Source: a virus
Taxonomy: Duplodnaviria > Heunggongvirae > Uroviricota > Caudoviricetes
Length of the DNA: 28,381 nt
IMG/VR virus record: IMGVR_UViG_2909251562_000002
Strand: one strand, 5' to 3'
The notes under the pieces are model-generated. The model was not told the DNA's origin. It saw nothing but the letters and a program-made list of their open reading frames with translations, and made no database searches. Numbering within the stretch: the stretch's first letter is position 1; each line of letters starts with the position of its first letter. Below are positions 8,671 to 19,418 of the stretch, piece after piece. Made by a program: the position numbers and the translations under genes.

Positions 8671-10242
8671 ATGGACACCTCACTTGCTCATGAGAACGCC
8701 CGCCTGCGGGCACTGTTGCAGACGCAACAGGACACCATCCGCCAGATGGCTGAATACAACCGCCTGCTCTCACAGCGGGTGGCGGCTTATGCTTCCGAAA
8801 TCAACCGGCTGAAGGCGCTGGTTGCGAAACTGCAACGTATGCAGTTCGGTAAAAGCTCAGAAAAACTTCGTGCAAAAACCGAACGGCAGATACAGGAAGC
8901 ACAGGAGCGAATCAGCGCACTTCAGGAAGAAATGGCGGAAACGCTGGGTGAGCAATATGACCCGGTACTGCCATCCGCCCTGCGCCAGTCTTCAGCCCGT
9001 AAACCGTTACCGGCCTCACTTCCCCGTGAAACCCGGGTTATCCGGCCGGAAGAGGAATGCTGTCCTGCCTGTGGTGGTGAACTCAGTTCTCTGGGATGTG
9101 ATGTGTCAGAGCAACTGGAGCTTATCAGCAGCGCCTTTAAGGTTATCGAAACACAACGTCCGAAACTGGCCTGTTGTCGGTGCGACCATATCGTGCAGGC
9201 ACCAGTACCTTCAAAACCCATTGCACGCAGTTATGCCGGAGCGGGGCTCCTGGCCCATGTCGTCACCGGAAAATATGCAGACCATCTGCCGTTATACCGC
9301 CAGTCAGAGATATACCGCCGTCAGGGTGTGGAGCTGAGCCGTGCCACACTGGGGCGCTGGACAGGTGCCGTTGCTGAACTACTGGAGCCGCTGTATGACG
9401 TCCTGCGCCAGTATGTGCTGATGCCCGGTAAAGTCCATGCTGATGATATCCCCGTCCCGGTCCAGGAGCCGGGCAGCGGTAAAACCCGGACAGCCCGGCT
9501 GTGGGTCTACGTCCGTGATGACCGTAACGCCGGTTCACAGATGCCCCCGGCGGTCTGGTTCGCGTACAGTCCGGACCGGAAAGGTATCCATCCACAAAAT
9601 CACCTGGCCGGTTACAGCGGTGTGCTTCAGGCCGATGCTTACGGTGGTTACCGGGCGTTATACGAATCCGGCAGAATAACGGAAGCCGCGTGTATGGCTC
9701 ATGCCCGGAGAAAAATCCACGATGTGCATGCAAGAGCGCCCACCGACATCACCACGGAAGCCCTGCAGCGTATCGGTGAACTGTATGCCATCGAGGCAGA
9801 GGTCCGGGGCTGTTCAGCAGAACAGCGTCTGGCGGCAAGAAAAACCAGAGCCGCGCCACTGATGCAGTCACTGTATGACTGGATACAGCAACAGATGAAA
9901 ACACTGTCGCGTCACTCAGATACGGCAAAAGCGTTCGCATACCTGCTGAAACAGTGGGATGCACTGAACGTGTACTGCAGTAATGGCTGGGTGGAAATCG
10001 ACAACAACATCGCAGAGAACGCCTTACGGGGAGTGGCCGTAGGCCGGAAAAAGTGGATGTTCGCGGGTTCCGACAGCGGTGGTGAACATGCGGCGGTGTT
10101 GTACTCGCTGATCGGCACATGCCGTCTGAACAATGTGGAGCCAGAAAAGTGGCTGCGCTACGTCATTGAACATATCCAGGACTGGCCGGCAAACCGGGTA
10201 CGCGATCTGTTGCCCTGGAAAGTTGATCTGAGCTCTCAGTAA
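8671..10242 (+). CDS. IS66-family transposase TnpC (orf3), 523 aa
   Basis: N-terminal leucine zipper, CPACGG...C...CxxC zinc motif and catalytic region; ATG with GTGAGGA upstream. Confidence 0.9.
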   Translation: MDTSLAHENARLRALLQTQQDTIRQMAEYNRLLSQRVAAYASEINRLKALVAKLQRMQFGKSSEKLRAKTERQIQEAQERISALQEEMAETLGEQYDPVLPSALRQSSARKPLPASLPRETRVIRPEEECCPACGGELSSLGCDVSEQLELISSAFKVIETQRPKLACCRCDHIVQAPVPSKPIARSYAGAGLLAHVVTGKYADHLPLYRQSEIYRRQGVELSRATLGRWTGAVAELLEPLYDVLRQYVLMPGKVHADDIPVPVQEPGSGKTRTARLWVYVRDDRNAGSQMPPAVWFAYSPDRKGIHPQNHLAGYSGVLQADAYGGYRALYESGRITEAACMAHARRKIHDVHARAPTDITTEALQRIGELYAIEAEVRGCSAEQRLAARKTRAAPLMQSLYDWIQQQMKTLSRHSDTAKAFAYLLKQWDALNVYCSNGWVEIDNNIAENALRGVAVGRKKWMFAGSDSGGEHAAVLYSLIGTCRLNNVEPEKWLRYVIEHIQDWPANRVRDLLPWKVDLSSQ

Positions 10243-10434
10243 ATATCAATACGGTTCTGACGAGCCGCTTACGGTGAAAATCATGTTTATTTATATATTT
10301 CAATTAATTGTAAACTGGTCTAATGACAGGGAGAAAAAAATATTGTACAGGTAAAAAGATAAATAACTTTTAATTATCAATAAATTACCAAACATGCTGC
10401 CGCCGCCATGGAAATGCAAAAACTAGCCTTTTTC

Positions 10435-10455
10435 CGCGACGCTCCCGCCCCGTGG
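10435..10455 (-). other. Candidate cos site (cosN-like) of the prophage
   Basis: Minus strand reads ACGGGGCGGGAGCGTCGCGG against lambda ACGGGGCGGCGACCTCGCGG (15 of 20, from memory); lies about 150 bp upstream of the Nu1-like ATG, as in lambda. Confidence 0.35.
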
Positions 10456-10630
10456 CAGGGGCCCCCACCGGGAGGACCCGACAGCCTGACAGCCGTGATG
10501 AGCATCTGATACAGCGCTTTACATAATGGCATAGGAATAATTCAGAAGGACATCACAGCATGCCCACACAAATTAGTGTGAGTGTCCTGTTTCTTCCTAC
10601 GCACAGGACTGACGAGCATGAGGGGAAAAT

Positions 10631-10798
10631 ATGCGAACCATAAATGCCTCATCTTCAGCAATGCAACCGGCATCCGAACAGGACGATATTGTAAATTCAC
10701 CTAATTACGAGGACATTGCAGTAGTTGAATTGCAGCTCTGTATTAGCCTGACAGTGACAGAATGCGATATTGACTCTGTCACAGGTGAAATAGTTTGA
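10631..10798 (+). CDS. Hypothetical small acidic protein, 55 aa
   Basis: Manual translation (MRTINASSSAMQPASEQDDIVNSPNYEDIAVVELQL...); GAGGGGA ribosome-binding site 5 nt upstream of the ATG. Confidence 0.35.
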   Translation: MRTINASSSAMQPASEQDDIVNSPNYEDIAVVELQLCISLTVTECDIDSVTGEIV

Positions 10799-10818
10799 AT
10801 GATTAGCAGTTATGGTGC

Positions 10819-11025
10819 TCAGTCAACCACCAGGGAATAATCCTTCGAATTCTTATCGTGCTTCACCAACGCTGCCTCAATTGCCCTGAATGCTTCCAGA
10901 GACACCTGATGTTCTATACATGCAATTACAACATCCGGGTAACTCATAGAAATGGTGCTATTAAGCATATTTTTTACACGAATCAGATCCAACGAGAGTT
11001 CATCAGCAGATTGTTCTTTATTCAT
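10819..11025 (-). CDS. Hypothetical small prophage protein, 68 aa
   Basis: ORF track; non-repetitive protein-like composition; family not recognised. Confidence 0.4.
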   Translation of the reverse strand: MNKEQSADELSLDLIRVKNMLNSTISMSYPDVVIACIEHQVSLEAFRAIEAALVKHDKNSKDYSLVVD

Positions 11026-11325
11026 TTTGTCGCTCCATGCGTTTGCTCGTCATCTAGCGGTTAAAATATTACTTCAAATCTTACTGCATAAAAGAGGAAA
11101 AGTATGAAAGTTTGAGTACATCGACCTTACATACATCTGTCGGTTGCATATCCCTCCTGGATGCCAGCAAGGCTCAATTTTGTTACGCAATCAACACTAT
11201 TCATTAAAAACAGGCTTAATATTTGACATAAATCATCAACAAAACACAAAGAGGTCAGACCAGATTGAAACAATAAACACGATAATGCTAACTACGCGCC
11301 ATCGTATCACATGGAAGGTTTACCA

Positions 11326-11757
11326 ATGGCTCAGGCTGCCATTTTTAAAGAAATATTCGATCAAGTGCGTAAAGATTTAAACTGTGAATTATTTTATTCT
11401 GAGCTAAAACGTCACAATGTCTCACTTTATATTTACTATTTAGCCACAGATAATATTCACATTGTGTTAGAAAACGACAACATAGTGTTAGTAAAAGGAC
11501 TCAAAAAGGTTGTAAATGTTAAATTCTCCAGAAACAAACATCTTATAGAGACCTCCTATAATAAGTTGAAATCAAAAGAAATCACATTTCAACAATACAG
11601 GGAAAATCTTGCTAAAGCAGGAGTTTTCCGATGGGTTACAAATATCCAGGAACACCAAAGATATTACTATGCCTTTGATAACTCATTACTATTTACTGAA
11701 AGCATCCAGAAAATTACTGAAAGCATCCAGAAAACTACACAGATCTTACCACGCTAA
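11326..11757 (+). CDS. YdfO-like prophage protein, 143 aa from [11 protein letters not shown], carrying a 7-aa tandem duplication near the C-terminus
   Basis: Position next to gnsB as in Qin; GAAGG upstream of the second ATG; family name from memory and uncertain. Confidence 0.5.
   Translation: MAQAAIFKEIFDQVRKDLNCELFYSELKRHNVSLYIYYLATDNIHIVLENDNIVLVKGLKKVVNVKFSRNKHLIETSYNKLKSKEITFQQYRENLAKAGVFRWVTNIQEHQRYYYAFDNSLLFTESIQKITESIQKTTQILPR
11695..11736 (+). repeat. Direct tandem duplication, 2 x 21 bp (ACTGAAAGCATCCAGAAAATT / ...ACT), in-frame ([14 protein letters not shown])
   Basis: Read directly from the sequence; 20 of 21 identical. Confidence 0.95.
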
Positions 11758-11908
11758 ACCATAACGTCCGGCTTCTCTCACTCCTGAGCCGGACTGCATT
11801 GGTTTAATAAAAACCATCAACAATTGTGATTTAGATATTCGGAACCATTCAAATATAACAAAACCCCGTAAAAACGAGGTTTATGGATAAATTTTATTAT
11901 TGAATACA

Positions 11909-12085
11909 TCAGATTAAATTAATCTTGACATCATAGCTTTCAAGACCCGTCATTTTTTCCCGTGCGGTAAACTGAATACTGGTAACTTCTTTCCCGGTCT
12001 TTTTCTTAAGTTCAATAATTTTTTTTGTTATATATTCAGAAATATCTGCTTCTGCTTTTGTTTTTAAGTCTTCAATATTCATCAT
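11909..12085 (-). CDS. gnsB: GnsA/GnsB-family protein, 58 aa (MMNIEDLKTKAEADISEYITKKIIELKKKTGKEVTSIQFTAREKMTGLESYDVKINLI)
   Basis: Manual translation (below track cutoff); matches the remembered GnsA/GnsB family. Confidence 0.75.
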   Translation of the reverse strand: MMNIEDLKTKAEADISEYITKKIIELKKKTGKEVTSIQFTAREKMTGLESYDVKINLI

Positions 12086-12253
12086 TTCCTCTTTTAGTCT
12101 GTTATGACTTTCCAGTTACACAGTAAGTCGATTATATGGTGCAAACGTGTAAAAGATAAGATGAAACATCGCAATAATCAACATACGATAGTCTAAATTT
12201 TACACAAACAGACAAAGAGAATTTTCCTGAATTATCAATGCAATAGCATCAAA

Positions 12254-12484
12254 TCAACTCAAGAGCCTTATTGCTGCTTCCAGAATTTCTTCTGAAGTAA
12301 CATGTCGATCCGCGGCTACATAAATGACTTTATGATCTCCGGTCAGAGATGGAAACCCTGCGGCCATTACAGTAAGGTGTGTTTTTTCGCCATTTGGATA
12401 TTCACGCATGATGGTGTTAACTCCAGTCATCGCTGGCACTACCACTGCTGGTTCAGAGTTAAAAAAAACTATGATTTTTTTCAT
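12254..12484 (-). CDS. Small prophage protein, 76 aa from MKKIIVFFNSEPAVVVPAMTG (possibly YnfN-like)
   Basis: ORF track with internal Met; position between gnsB and cspI matches ynfN in K-12; identity unverified. Confidence 0.4.
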   Translation of the reverse strand: MKKIIVFFNSEPAVVVPAMTGVNTIMREYPNGEKTHLTVMAAGFPSLTGDHKVIYVAADRHVTSEEILEAAIRLLS

Positions 12485-12525
12485 GATGTTACCGTAGTAT
12501 GTGAGTATCCATCGAATAGACACCA

Positions 12526-12550
12526 AGCAAAAAAGCTCCCGAAGGAGCCT
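12526..12550 (-). terminator. Intrinsic terminator downstream of cspI
   Basis: Hairpin GCTCC-CGAA-GGAGC followed by a T-run on the minus strand. Confidence 0.6.
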
Positions 12551-12755
12551 TCATTTTCACTTTTTTAAATCCAACGACAGACGGCTGGCATTTAAGTATT
12601 GTGAAATATTATCAAATGTAATCATCATTGATTTACAAAAGATACATTTTGCCCCGAAAGGATTCATGTCAGAAACATCAAAAGATGATGTTCTATACTG
12701 GGAACCATGACAACACGGGCATCTAAAGTGAATATGGTTTGTAATATTGTCTACC

Positions 12756-12968
12756 TCAAAGCGCCACTACATGAACAGCGGCAGGACCTTTAGGTCCGTT
12801 CTCAATACCAAATTCAACTTCCTGATTCTCAGTTAATGTTTTGAAATCGTTGCTCTGAATTGCTGAGAAATGGACAAACACATCTTTGCTGCCATCTTTC
12901 GGCGTGATGAAACCAAAACCTTTTTCAGGGTTAAACCATTTCACTAAACCAGTCATTTTGTTAGACAT
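12756..12968 (-). CDS. cspI: Cold shock protein (CspA family), 70 aa
   Basis: [34 protein letters not shown] with RNP1/RNP2 motifs; matches CspI from memory. Confidence 0.9.
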   Translation of the reverse strand: MSNKMTGLVKWFNPEKGFGFITPKDGSKDVFVHFSAIQSNDFKTLTENQEVEFGIENGPKGPAAVHVVAL

Positions 12969-13329
12969 AATTATTACCTTTTGAAGAAATTAGCCCTTGG
13001 GCAGAATGGTCCGAAAAAAATATCAGAGAGAAAAACCAACAAGGAAATCTCAAGAGGTACAAATAATAAAATTATAACAATGACTGCTTCAGATAAATTT
13101 GTAACAAACCAGAACACCATTAACGCATGATTAACCACCCATAGCAAGGATTACTTTTGTAAAGAAAAACACAGCAATGAAAGAATAGCTTTATTTATTA
13201 ATAAAACGTGTCATTCTGATTAAGACCTTTTATCTTACCCTTAAGATTTCAGGAATTTTGGCTCATGGAAGAGTCCTTTTTATTCAAATTTTACATTCCG
13301 CGATGTAAATGTTCCGATTTAATATTACC

Positions 13330-14353
<1,024 letters not shown>

Positions 14354-14357
<4 letters not shown>

Positions 14358-14665
14358 AGATATTTATGATGAGGACGCTCGTGCTTATTGGCAGGATTTT
14401 CAATCTTAAAGGAGTACTGATGCTGCAGATAAGACTCAACTTTTTCTGACAATTTTTCTGCTACTTCCAGGAAGACTTGCCGGACGCTCCTTCTGGCTGC
14501 TGCCTCATAAAACTCCAGCGCAGCTCCTTCAACACGGTCCATGGCGACATCCAGGTCAAAAATTTCACCGTCAAAGCGTTCTTTGTCCTGTAAGGCTACA
14601 GTTACCGTAACTTTATTCTCAAAATTACGGACTCCTTTCACAACCAGTTCATAGTCTTGAGTCAT
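14354..14665 (-). CDS. ydfR: YdfR-like protein of the lysis cassette, 103 aa
   Basis: Size and position between holin and endolysin match K-12 ydfR; stop overlaps the endolysin start. Confidence 0.6.
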
Positions 14666-14669
14666 TGGA

Positions 14670-14885
14670 TTACTCTCCTCTCGCAGCCTTACGCCTGTCT
14701 TCTTTAATCTTGAAATAAAGATTTGTCAGATACGTCAGCAGGCCAAAAACCAGGCTACCCAGCACACCGATTGCAGCCCACTGTGACGGAGTTACTTTAT
14801 CGAGTAACTGCAATGCCCAGAAACCAGCATTACCCGCCGATGTGCCATAGGCAACACCTGTTGTTAACTTATCCATTGATTTCAT
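14670..14885 (-). CDS. essQ: Holin, 71 aa from MKSMDK (dual-start motif)
   Basis: GAGGA ribosome-binding site; two transmembrane segments; charged C-terminus [13 protein letters not shown]; track start at 14960 is probably artefactual. Confidence 0.85.
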   Translation of the reverse strand: MKSMDKLTTGVAYGTSAGNAGFWALQLLDKVTPSQWAAIGVLGSLVFGLLTYLTNLYFKIKEDRRKAARGE

Positions 14886-15104
14886 ATCCTCACCCCGATG
14901 TACACGGATGGTGCAATATGTTTGAAAAGATCGGAGTCTACGGGGTAGTTTTGACAGCACACGTTGTTCTCAACGGCGCTAAAAAAACATACACATTAAA
15001 AATGTGGGTAATTATTTTGAAAGAAAGTCATATATAAAATAATAATACGAGAAATGTTTTCATATTTAGTGTACTGTATACGGCCATTTATACAGGAAAA
15101 GCCT

Positions 15105-15275
15105 ATGTCAGAACGTAAAAACTCAAAATCACGCCGTAATTATCTCGTTAAATGTTCCTGCCCAAACTGCACCCAAGAGTCAGAACACAGTTTTTCAAGA
15201 GTACAAAAAGGTGCCCTTTTGATCTGCCCTCATTGCAACAAAGTATTCCAGACAAATCTTAAAGCTGTAGCCTGA
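15105..15275 (+). CDS. Small zinc-ribbon protein, 56 aa (CSCPNC...CPHC)
   Basis: Two CxxC pairs; antisense to the late operon between holin and cspB; no strong ribosome-binding site. Confidence 0.4.
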   Translation: MSERKNSKSRRNYLVKCSCPNCTQESEHSFSRVQKGALLICPHCNKVFQTNLKAVA

Positions 15276-15332
15276 TTGATTTTATTAGTAACAAGTATTT
15301 TTTATATTTTAATAATATATTTAAAGCAGATA

Positions 15333-15356
15333 ATAAAAAACCCGCCTGAGCGGGTT
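15333..15356 (-). terminator. Intrinsic terminator downstream of cspB
   Basis: Hairpin CCCGC-CTGA-GCGGG with a T-run on the minus strand (plus strand AAAAAACCCGCCTGAGCGGGTTTG). Confidence 0.7.
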
Positions 15357-15638
15357 TGAGATTGTGGTGCTTTTTGTGGGAGTCATCCACTTACGCACTT
15401 TGTTTTGCCATGCCAGCAGTTAGCTTCTGCTGTAAAACTATTCATGCAGCAAACCTGCACTTCACCACAATGGTTAGCATACTTTTCCTGATTAAGATTT
15501 TGCCAAATATGCTAGCCATTGTTTCATGTATTGGACCTCCTTACTTTTTATTAAAGAGATCCAATATTCACTACTCTGTCCGTATCTCTACTCAGGCATC
15601 AGCCTTCTTCGTTATCGTATACAGACGAGCGATGAATT

Positions 15639-15854
15639 TTAATCAGTAATGATGACATTTGCTGCTGCAGGACCTTTAGCACCACTCTCTATAGAGAAGG
15701 TAACCTTTTGACCTTCAAATAAGGTTCGATAATTATCATTCTGAATCGCAGAAAAATGCACAAACACATCTTTACTACCATCAACAGGAGAAATAAAGCC
15801 GAAACCTTTATCAGCGTTAAACCATTTTACTAAACCAGTCATTTTATTTGACAT
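15639..15854 (-). CDS. cspB: Cold shock protein CspB, 71 aa
   Basis: [34 protein letters not shown]; long AT-rich upstream leader. Confidence 0.93.
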   Translation of the reverse strand: MSNKMTGLVKWFNADKGFGFISPVDGSKDVFVHFSAIQNDNYRTLFEGQKVTFSIESGAKGPAAANVIITD

Positions 15855-16154
15855 TCTACATTCCTTAACTTGAGCCTTTCGGCATAAATGGTTTGCATAA
15901 CAGAAACGACTTCGTACTTAATTGGAGAGACTCAAAGAAGGAATAAGTGAATAACACCTGAAATGAGAACTGCTTTAGTAAACTACTTCGTATATCGTCT
16001 GTTCTTCAAACCGACGCAATCATTAACGCATAGTTGAACATATGAAGCAATGTTTATTTTAGACATCCAGCCATCTTCAACCCCATCAAAAAACTATAGC
16101 TTTCTTCAGGAACGTGTGTATAGTGCGCCAAGTTATCAGTATTAAGGAATTTTT

Positions 16155-16367
16155 TTGTCCCGTAAAATGACAGGAATTGTCAAAACCTTTGACGGCAAAA
16201 GCGGCAAGGGTCTTATCACCCCATCCGATGGTCGTATCGATGTCCAGCTTCATGTTTCAGCGCTCAATCTCCGCGATGCAGAAGAAATTACCACCGGATT
16301 ACGCGTGGAATTTTGCCGGATAAATGGTCTGCGTGGCCCTTCAGCTGCCAATGTTTACCTTTCATGA
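16155..16367 (+). CDS. cspF: Cold shock-like protein CspF, 70 aa
   Basis: [34 protein letters not shown]; divergent from cspB as in K-12; apparent TTG start. Confidence 0.88.
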
Positions 16368-16421
16368 GCTATATTAAAGCTTTAATTTCAGGCCCCATCG
16401 GATCACACATGGAGAGTTTTT

Positions 16422-16511
16422 ATGAATAACCCCGTCTGTCTTGATGACTGGTTGATTGGCTTTAAAAGCTTATGCTGTACTTTGGCCGTAATAGCTCTGC
16501 TAATAATATAA
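16422..16511 (+). CDS. Candidate small hydrophobic protein, 29 aa ([29 protein letters not shown])
   Basis: Manual translation; GGAGAG ribosome-binding site 8 nt upstream of the ATG; C-terminal transmembrane segment. Confidence 0.25.
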
Positions 16512-16652
16512 TAAGCAGACTCATTGTGTTTAGGGACATTGTACTGGAAGAAAACATTTTAAACATCAGGCAAATAACCAAGTCACCAGCTAAATAATAA
16601 GTTAACAGACATGAGTCCCGGGATGAGATTCAACATTACCATTGCCCCATTT

Positions 16653-16692
16653 AAAGCACAAAACCCGCTCATCAGCGGGTTTTCTACTTTTT
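16653..16692. terminator. Bidirectional intrinsic terminator; on the minus strand the tR'-like terminator of the short late leader transcript
   Basis: Hairpin CCCGCT-CATC-AGCGGG flanked by an A-run on the left and a T-run on the right; about 65 nt downstream of the PR'-like promoter. Confidence 0.65.
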
Positions 16693-16728
16693 CTTAACGT
16701 CGGGTATACAAAGCCCATCGTTGAAAAA

Positions 16729-16757
16729 ATTTTATCCATATTTTTTGAAAAATGCAA
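16729..16757 (-). promoter_or_regulatory. Late promoter (PR'-like) just downstream of Q, expected to hold the Q-utilisation site
   Basis: Minus strand TTGCAT, 17-bp spacer, TAAAAT; lies between the Q stop and the tR'-like terminator. Confidence 0.6.
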
Positions 16758-16788
16758 ACATCATGTCGCCATCTTCAGCAAAAATCAT

Positions 16789-17541
16789 TTATCTCGTCAC
16801 CTTCCTCAATTGCGCTTCCGCGTATGCTTCTTCCTGCCAGCACTTTGTTACCAGTTTACCAATGACGTCCGCATACCCCTTATACCACTGATAATCGGTC
16901 AGGTCTGGTACCAGCTTCTGGACATGACGTCGTGCCAGCGTGGTCGGTAAACGACTAAACCGGTTTCCATTACAACGCCCACAAATCTTATATACCGGTA
17001 CGCCATGAAACCGGGTTCTTTTTTCATCCAGAACAATCCCTTTACCCTTACACCCTCTGCACGCTGTGCTGGCTTCGCCCTTACCATGGCAATGCTGACA
17101 TAGTTCCTTCACCCATTCTTCCTTGATTACAGATTCCCCGCGTCTGTAGTGTTTCACCACTTCGCGCAATACATTATAAAATCCCGTACCTGAACAATGC
17201 TCACAGCGAGCCTTACTTGCCGCAGACCTGGAGTAATCAGCAAAGGCAAAACTCACGAGGTAAGGAATAATCTGTAACCGGATTTCTTCACTCAATTTGT
17301 TCAATGTCGGGTTATCCAGTGCCATCGCGTAATTTAGCAGGCCTTCAATCGCAAACTGAGGGTCCTGAACACCAACTTTTGCCAGAAATAAGGCCAACCC
17401 AAGTGGTGCTTTCGACTGCACCATCCCCTGCGCTGCCATTACATCCGTAATTGTTAAACAACCGGTGCCTGTCGCTGGAGCGTCATCGCTCAATTTTGGA
17501 GATTTTGGGGAGTAATATTTTGGTAAGGCTTCAAGGTTCAT
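16789..17541 (-). CDS. quuQ: Late-gene antitermination protein Q, 250 aa from MNLEAL
   Basis: Cys-rich zinc motif (CEHCSGTG...CQHCHGKG...CRGCKGKG); GGAGA ribosome-binding site before the internal ATG. Confidence 0.9.
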   Translation of the reverse strand: MNLEALPKYYSPKSPKLSDDAPATGTGCLTITDVMAAQGMVQSKAPLGLALFLAKVGVQDPQFAIEGLLNYAMALDNPTLNKLSEEIRLQIIPYLVSFAFADYSRSAASKARCEHCSGTGFYNVLREVVKHYRRGESVIKEEWVKELCQHCHGKGEASTACRGCKGKGIVLDEKRTRFHGVPVYKICGRCNGNRFSRLPTTLARRHVQKLVPDLTDYQWYKGYADVIGKLVTKCWQEEAYAEAQLRKVTR

Positions 17542-17554
17542 GCTCGTTCTCCAC

Positions 17555-18604
17555 TTACGCCAGTACGCCAATTGCCAGCGCGCGATCGATAAAACGAAAT
17601 ATCAGCTCCAGTTGGGAGCCATACTTATCTTCAAATGCCACTGTATCCGTATGCAGCTCGTTGTGATGCTTTCTGCACAAAGGCAACACAAAGAGATCAT
17701 GTGCTTTTGTTCCCATTCCGCCCTGCCCGTGACCAATCAGATGATGCGGATCGTCGGCTGGCATACCGCAGCAAGCACACGGCTGTGTCTTAACCCAACG
17801 TGTGTATTTCTCCTTAACCCAGCGGCGACGTTTAGGCAGCTTCATGAAAGATTCCGGAGACTCTGGATCAACGGTGATGCTTACCACCGTCTTTTCCTGT
17901 GGTGATTTTTGTTGCTGGTGGGCGTAAGGCAACGGTGCAAGATTTTTTGTGCGTTGTTTCAATATGCTGGTGGCGGTCTGCTCTCCCGGTACGATGTCGC
18001 TTTCGCGGTACACCGAGCAGATTTTTTCCGCTGGTAATCCCAGCGAACGACGCGATACAGCCTCAGGTAGTGCATCCACCACCTGATTGCAGACCGCCCA
18101 CCAGGATAATTCAGCCAAAGATAATTCCCGCTCCTGCGTACCGCTTATTGCGTGACGGATGACGTCAATCACCCATGCTGTCAGATTTTGTTGAGCAAGC
18201 AGCTCCAGTGATTCCGATGTCTGGTCACGCAGTTGGTTGTCGCAGTGCCAGCACAACACCATTGCGCCGGTACCATAACGGTGAATGACTGTTTCAGTGT
18301 GATGGTAATCGCCATTAGGCCACTGGCAGGATGTAACATGACGTAATAGCCAGTCGGACAATGCGCCAACGCCGCCAGCAGCACGAATCACCCGTTCGTT
18401 ACTAAAAAACGGCAGCAATGTTTTGTCTTCCGCCATCGGCTGGCGAACGGCAGGAACGACTCCGGATGGCAGATTACGCATGCTTTTTGGTTCCGGTTCC
18501 ACCAGCACTCGAGGATTATGAAATATCTGTATGGATTCACGGCCCGGCTTAAGGACCACCAGCCCAAGCTCAGGCACCAGAACAGGTCTAAGTAATACCC
18601 GCAC
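17555..18604 (-). CDS. ydfU: YdfU-like protein with a C-terminal NinG/Rap-like Cys/His nuclease motif, about 349 aa from a GTG start
   Basis: C-terminal CACCG...HHLIGHGQGG...CRKHHNELH; start placed at GTG 18602-18604, one nt after the stop of the upstream ORF; the track alternative extends to 18643. Confidence 0.7.
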   Translation of the reverse strand: MRVLLRPVLVPELGLVVLKPGRESIQIFHNPRVLVEPEPKSMRNLPSGVVPAVRQPMAEDKTLLPFFSNERVIRAAGGVGALSDWLLRHVTSCQWPNGDYHHTETVIHRYGTGAMVLCWHCDNQLRDQTSESLELLAQQNLTAWVIDVIRHAISGTQERELSLAELSWWAVCNQVVDALPEAVSRRSLGLPAEKICSVYRESDIVPGEQTATSILKQRTKNLAPLPYAHQQQKSPQEKTVVSITVDPESPESFMKLPKRRRWVKEKYTRWVKTQPCACCGMPADDPHHLIGHGQGGMGTKAHDLFVLPLCRKHHNELHTDTVAFEDKYGSQLELIFRFIDRALAIGVLA

Positions 18605-18605
18605 G

Positions 18606-18884
18606 TTACCTCCAGATCCGTTGCTGGAAAGTGCGGGACGCACGTGGTGGGCGTTCGGAATAAGGCAGCCTGACAGAGATTATCCAGTGCCGATAGTCGA
18701 GACTGAGAGCTTTCTTAACCTCGAACCCGCGCCTGCGGTAAGAATGAATCAGCCATTCGGCCTGTTCTGCAGTGCATGGAGGGTGCTGGAACCATTCAGA
18801 CTTGAATGCGTGAGAATACCGCCCGTGCGTGCAGGCAAGAACGGGCGAATTATCAGAATTGTAATATTTTGCGTTGCGTGCCAT
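18606..18884 (-). CDS. Hypothetical protein, 92 aa, abutting the ydfU-like gene
   Basis: ORF track; identity not recognised; it or the next ORF may correspond to rem. Confidence 0.4.
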   Translation of the reverse strand: MARNAKYYNSDNSPVLACTHGRYSHAFKSEWFQHPPCTAEQAEWLIHSYRRRGFEVKKALSLDYRHWIISVRLPYSERPPRASRTFQQRIWR

Positions 18885-18950
18885 CGGTTTTCTCCGGTGG
18901 CACGGTGTTACTCAGCGGGAGTTCAGCCCCGCGCAAGATTGTAGATGAGT

Positions 18951-19202
18951 TTATTCTCCTGAAAAAGCAGAAAAGCCAGCTTTTATTCCGATCTCTTTCA
19001 ATGCCTGTAATGAAGTGACAAACTCACCTTCGCGCAAGATAAATCCGTCCGTGACCCGAGCATCCACAAAATTAATTAACGCAGCCCCATTCTTTCGCAA
19101 ACACATAATGCGGTAATGACTAACAAGATTTCCATTTTCAACGCACACAGCATAGAGGCCATCTTCACAAAAAATTTTACGCAGTTCTTCGATGTTCATC
19201 AT
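18951..19202 (-). CDS. Hypothetical small protein, 83 aa (possibly Rem-like)
   Basis: ORF track; length and position between ydfU and hokD match K-12 rem, but the sequence is not confirmed from memory. Confidence 0.4.
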   Translation of the reverse strand: MMNIEELRKIFCEDGLYAVCVENGNLVSHYRIMCLRKNGAALINFVDARVTDGFILREGEFVTSLQALKEIGIKAGFSAFSGE

Positions 19203-19321
19203 CAGAATCCTTCCGGATAATTAGCTCTCCCCTTTAAGGGACCATCCCTCTTATCCCTGCGCGCTACTTAAGTATTTTTGATTCTATTCCGGCACCGTCC
19301 AGAACTTCAAACGCGTTGAAA

Positions 19322-19350
19322 ATAAAAACAAAAACCCGCCGAAGCGGGTT
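19322..19350 (-). terminator. Intrinsic terminator of the relB-relE-hokD operon
   Basis: Hairpin CCCGC-CGAA-GCGGG followed by a T-run on the minus strand. Confidence 0.65.
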
Positions 19351-19418
19351 AAGTGCGGGTGCGTTGAGGATGCCTGCCACATCAGAGGTGGCGAGGGATT
19401 TCTCCCCCGCCGGGTCTC

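Larger units (their letters stand above)
7574..10272 (+). mobile_element. IS66-family insertion sequence (2699 bp) with imperfect terminal inverted repeats and a perfect 8-bp target-site duplication
   Basis: Left end GTAACCGGCTCATTTAAACCGT, right end rev-comp GTAAGCGGCTCGTCAGAACCGT; GGTGAAAA at 7566-7573 and 10273-10280; three ORFs tnpA/tnpB/tnpC. Confidence 0.9.

Noticed and set aside
8822-10133. Overlapping ORFs on alternative frames and the opposite strand within IS66 tnpC
   Set aside because: Nested within the transposase gene of a GC-rich IS; typical frame artefacts.
15356-15649. 97-aa plus-strand ORF upstream of cspB
   Set aside because: It overlaps the cspB terminator and 3' region and runs into the cspB coding sequence in antisense; its composition is hydrophobic junk.
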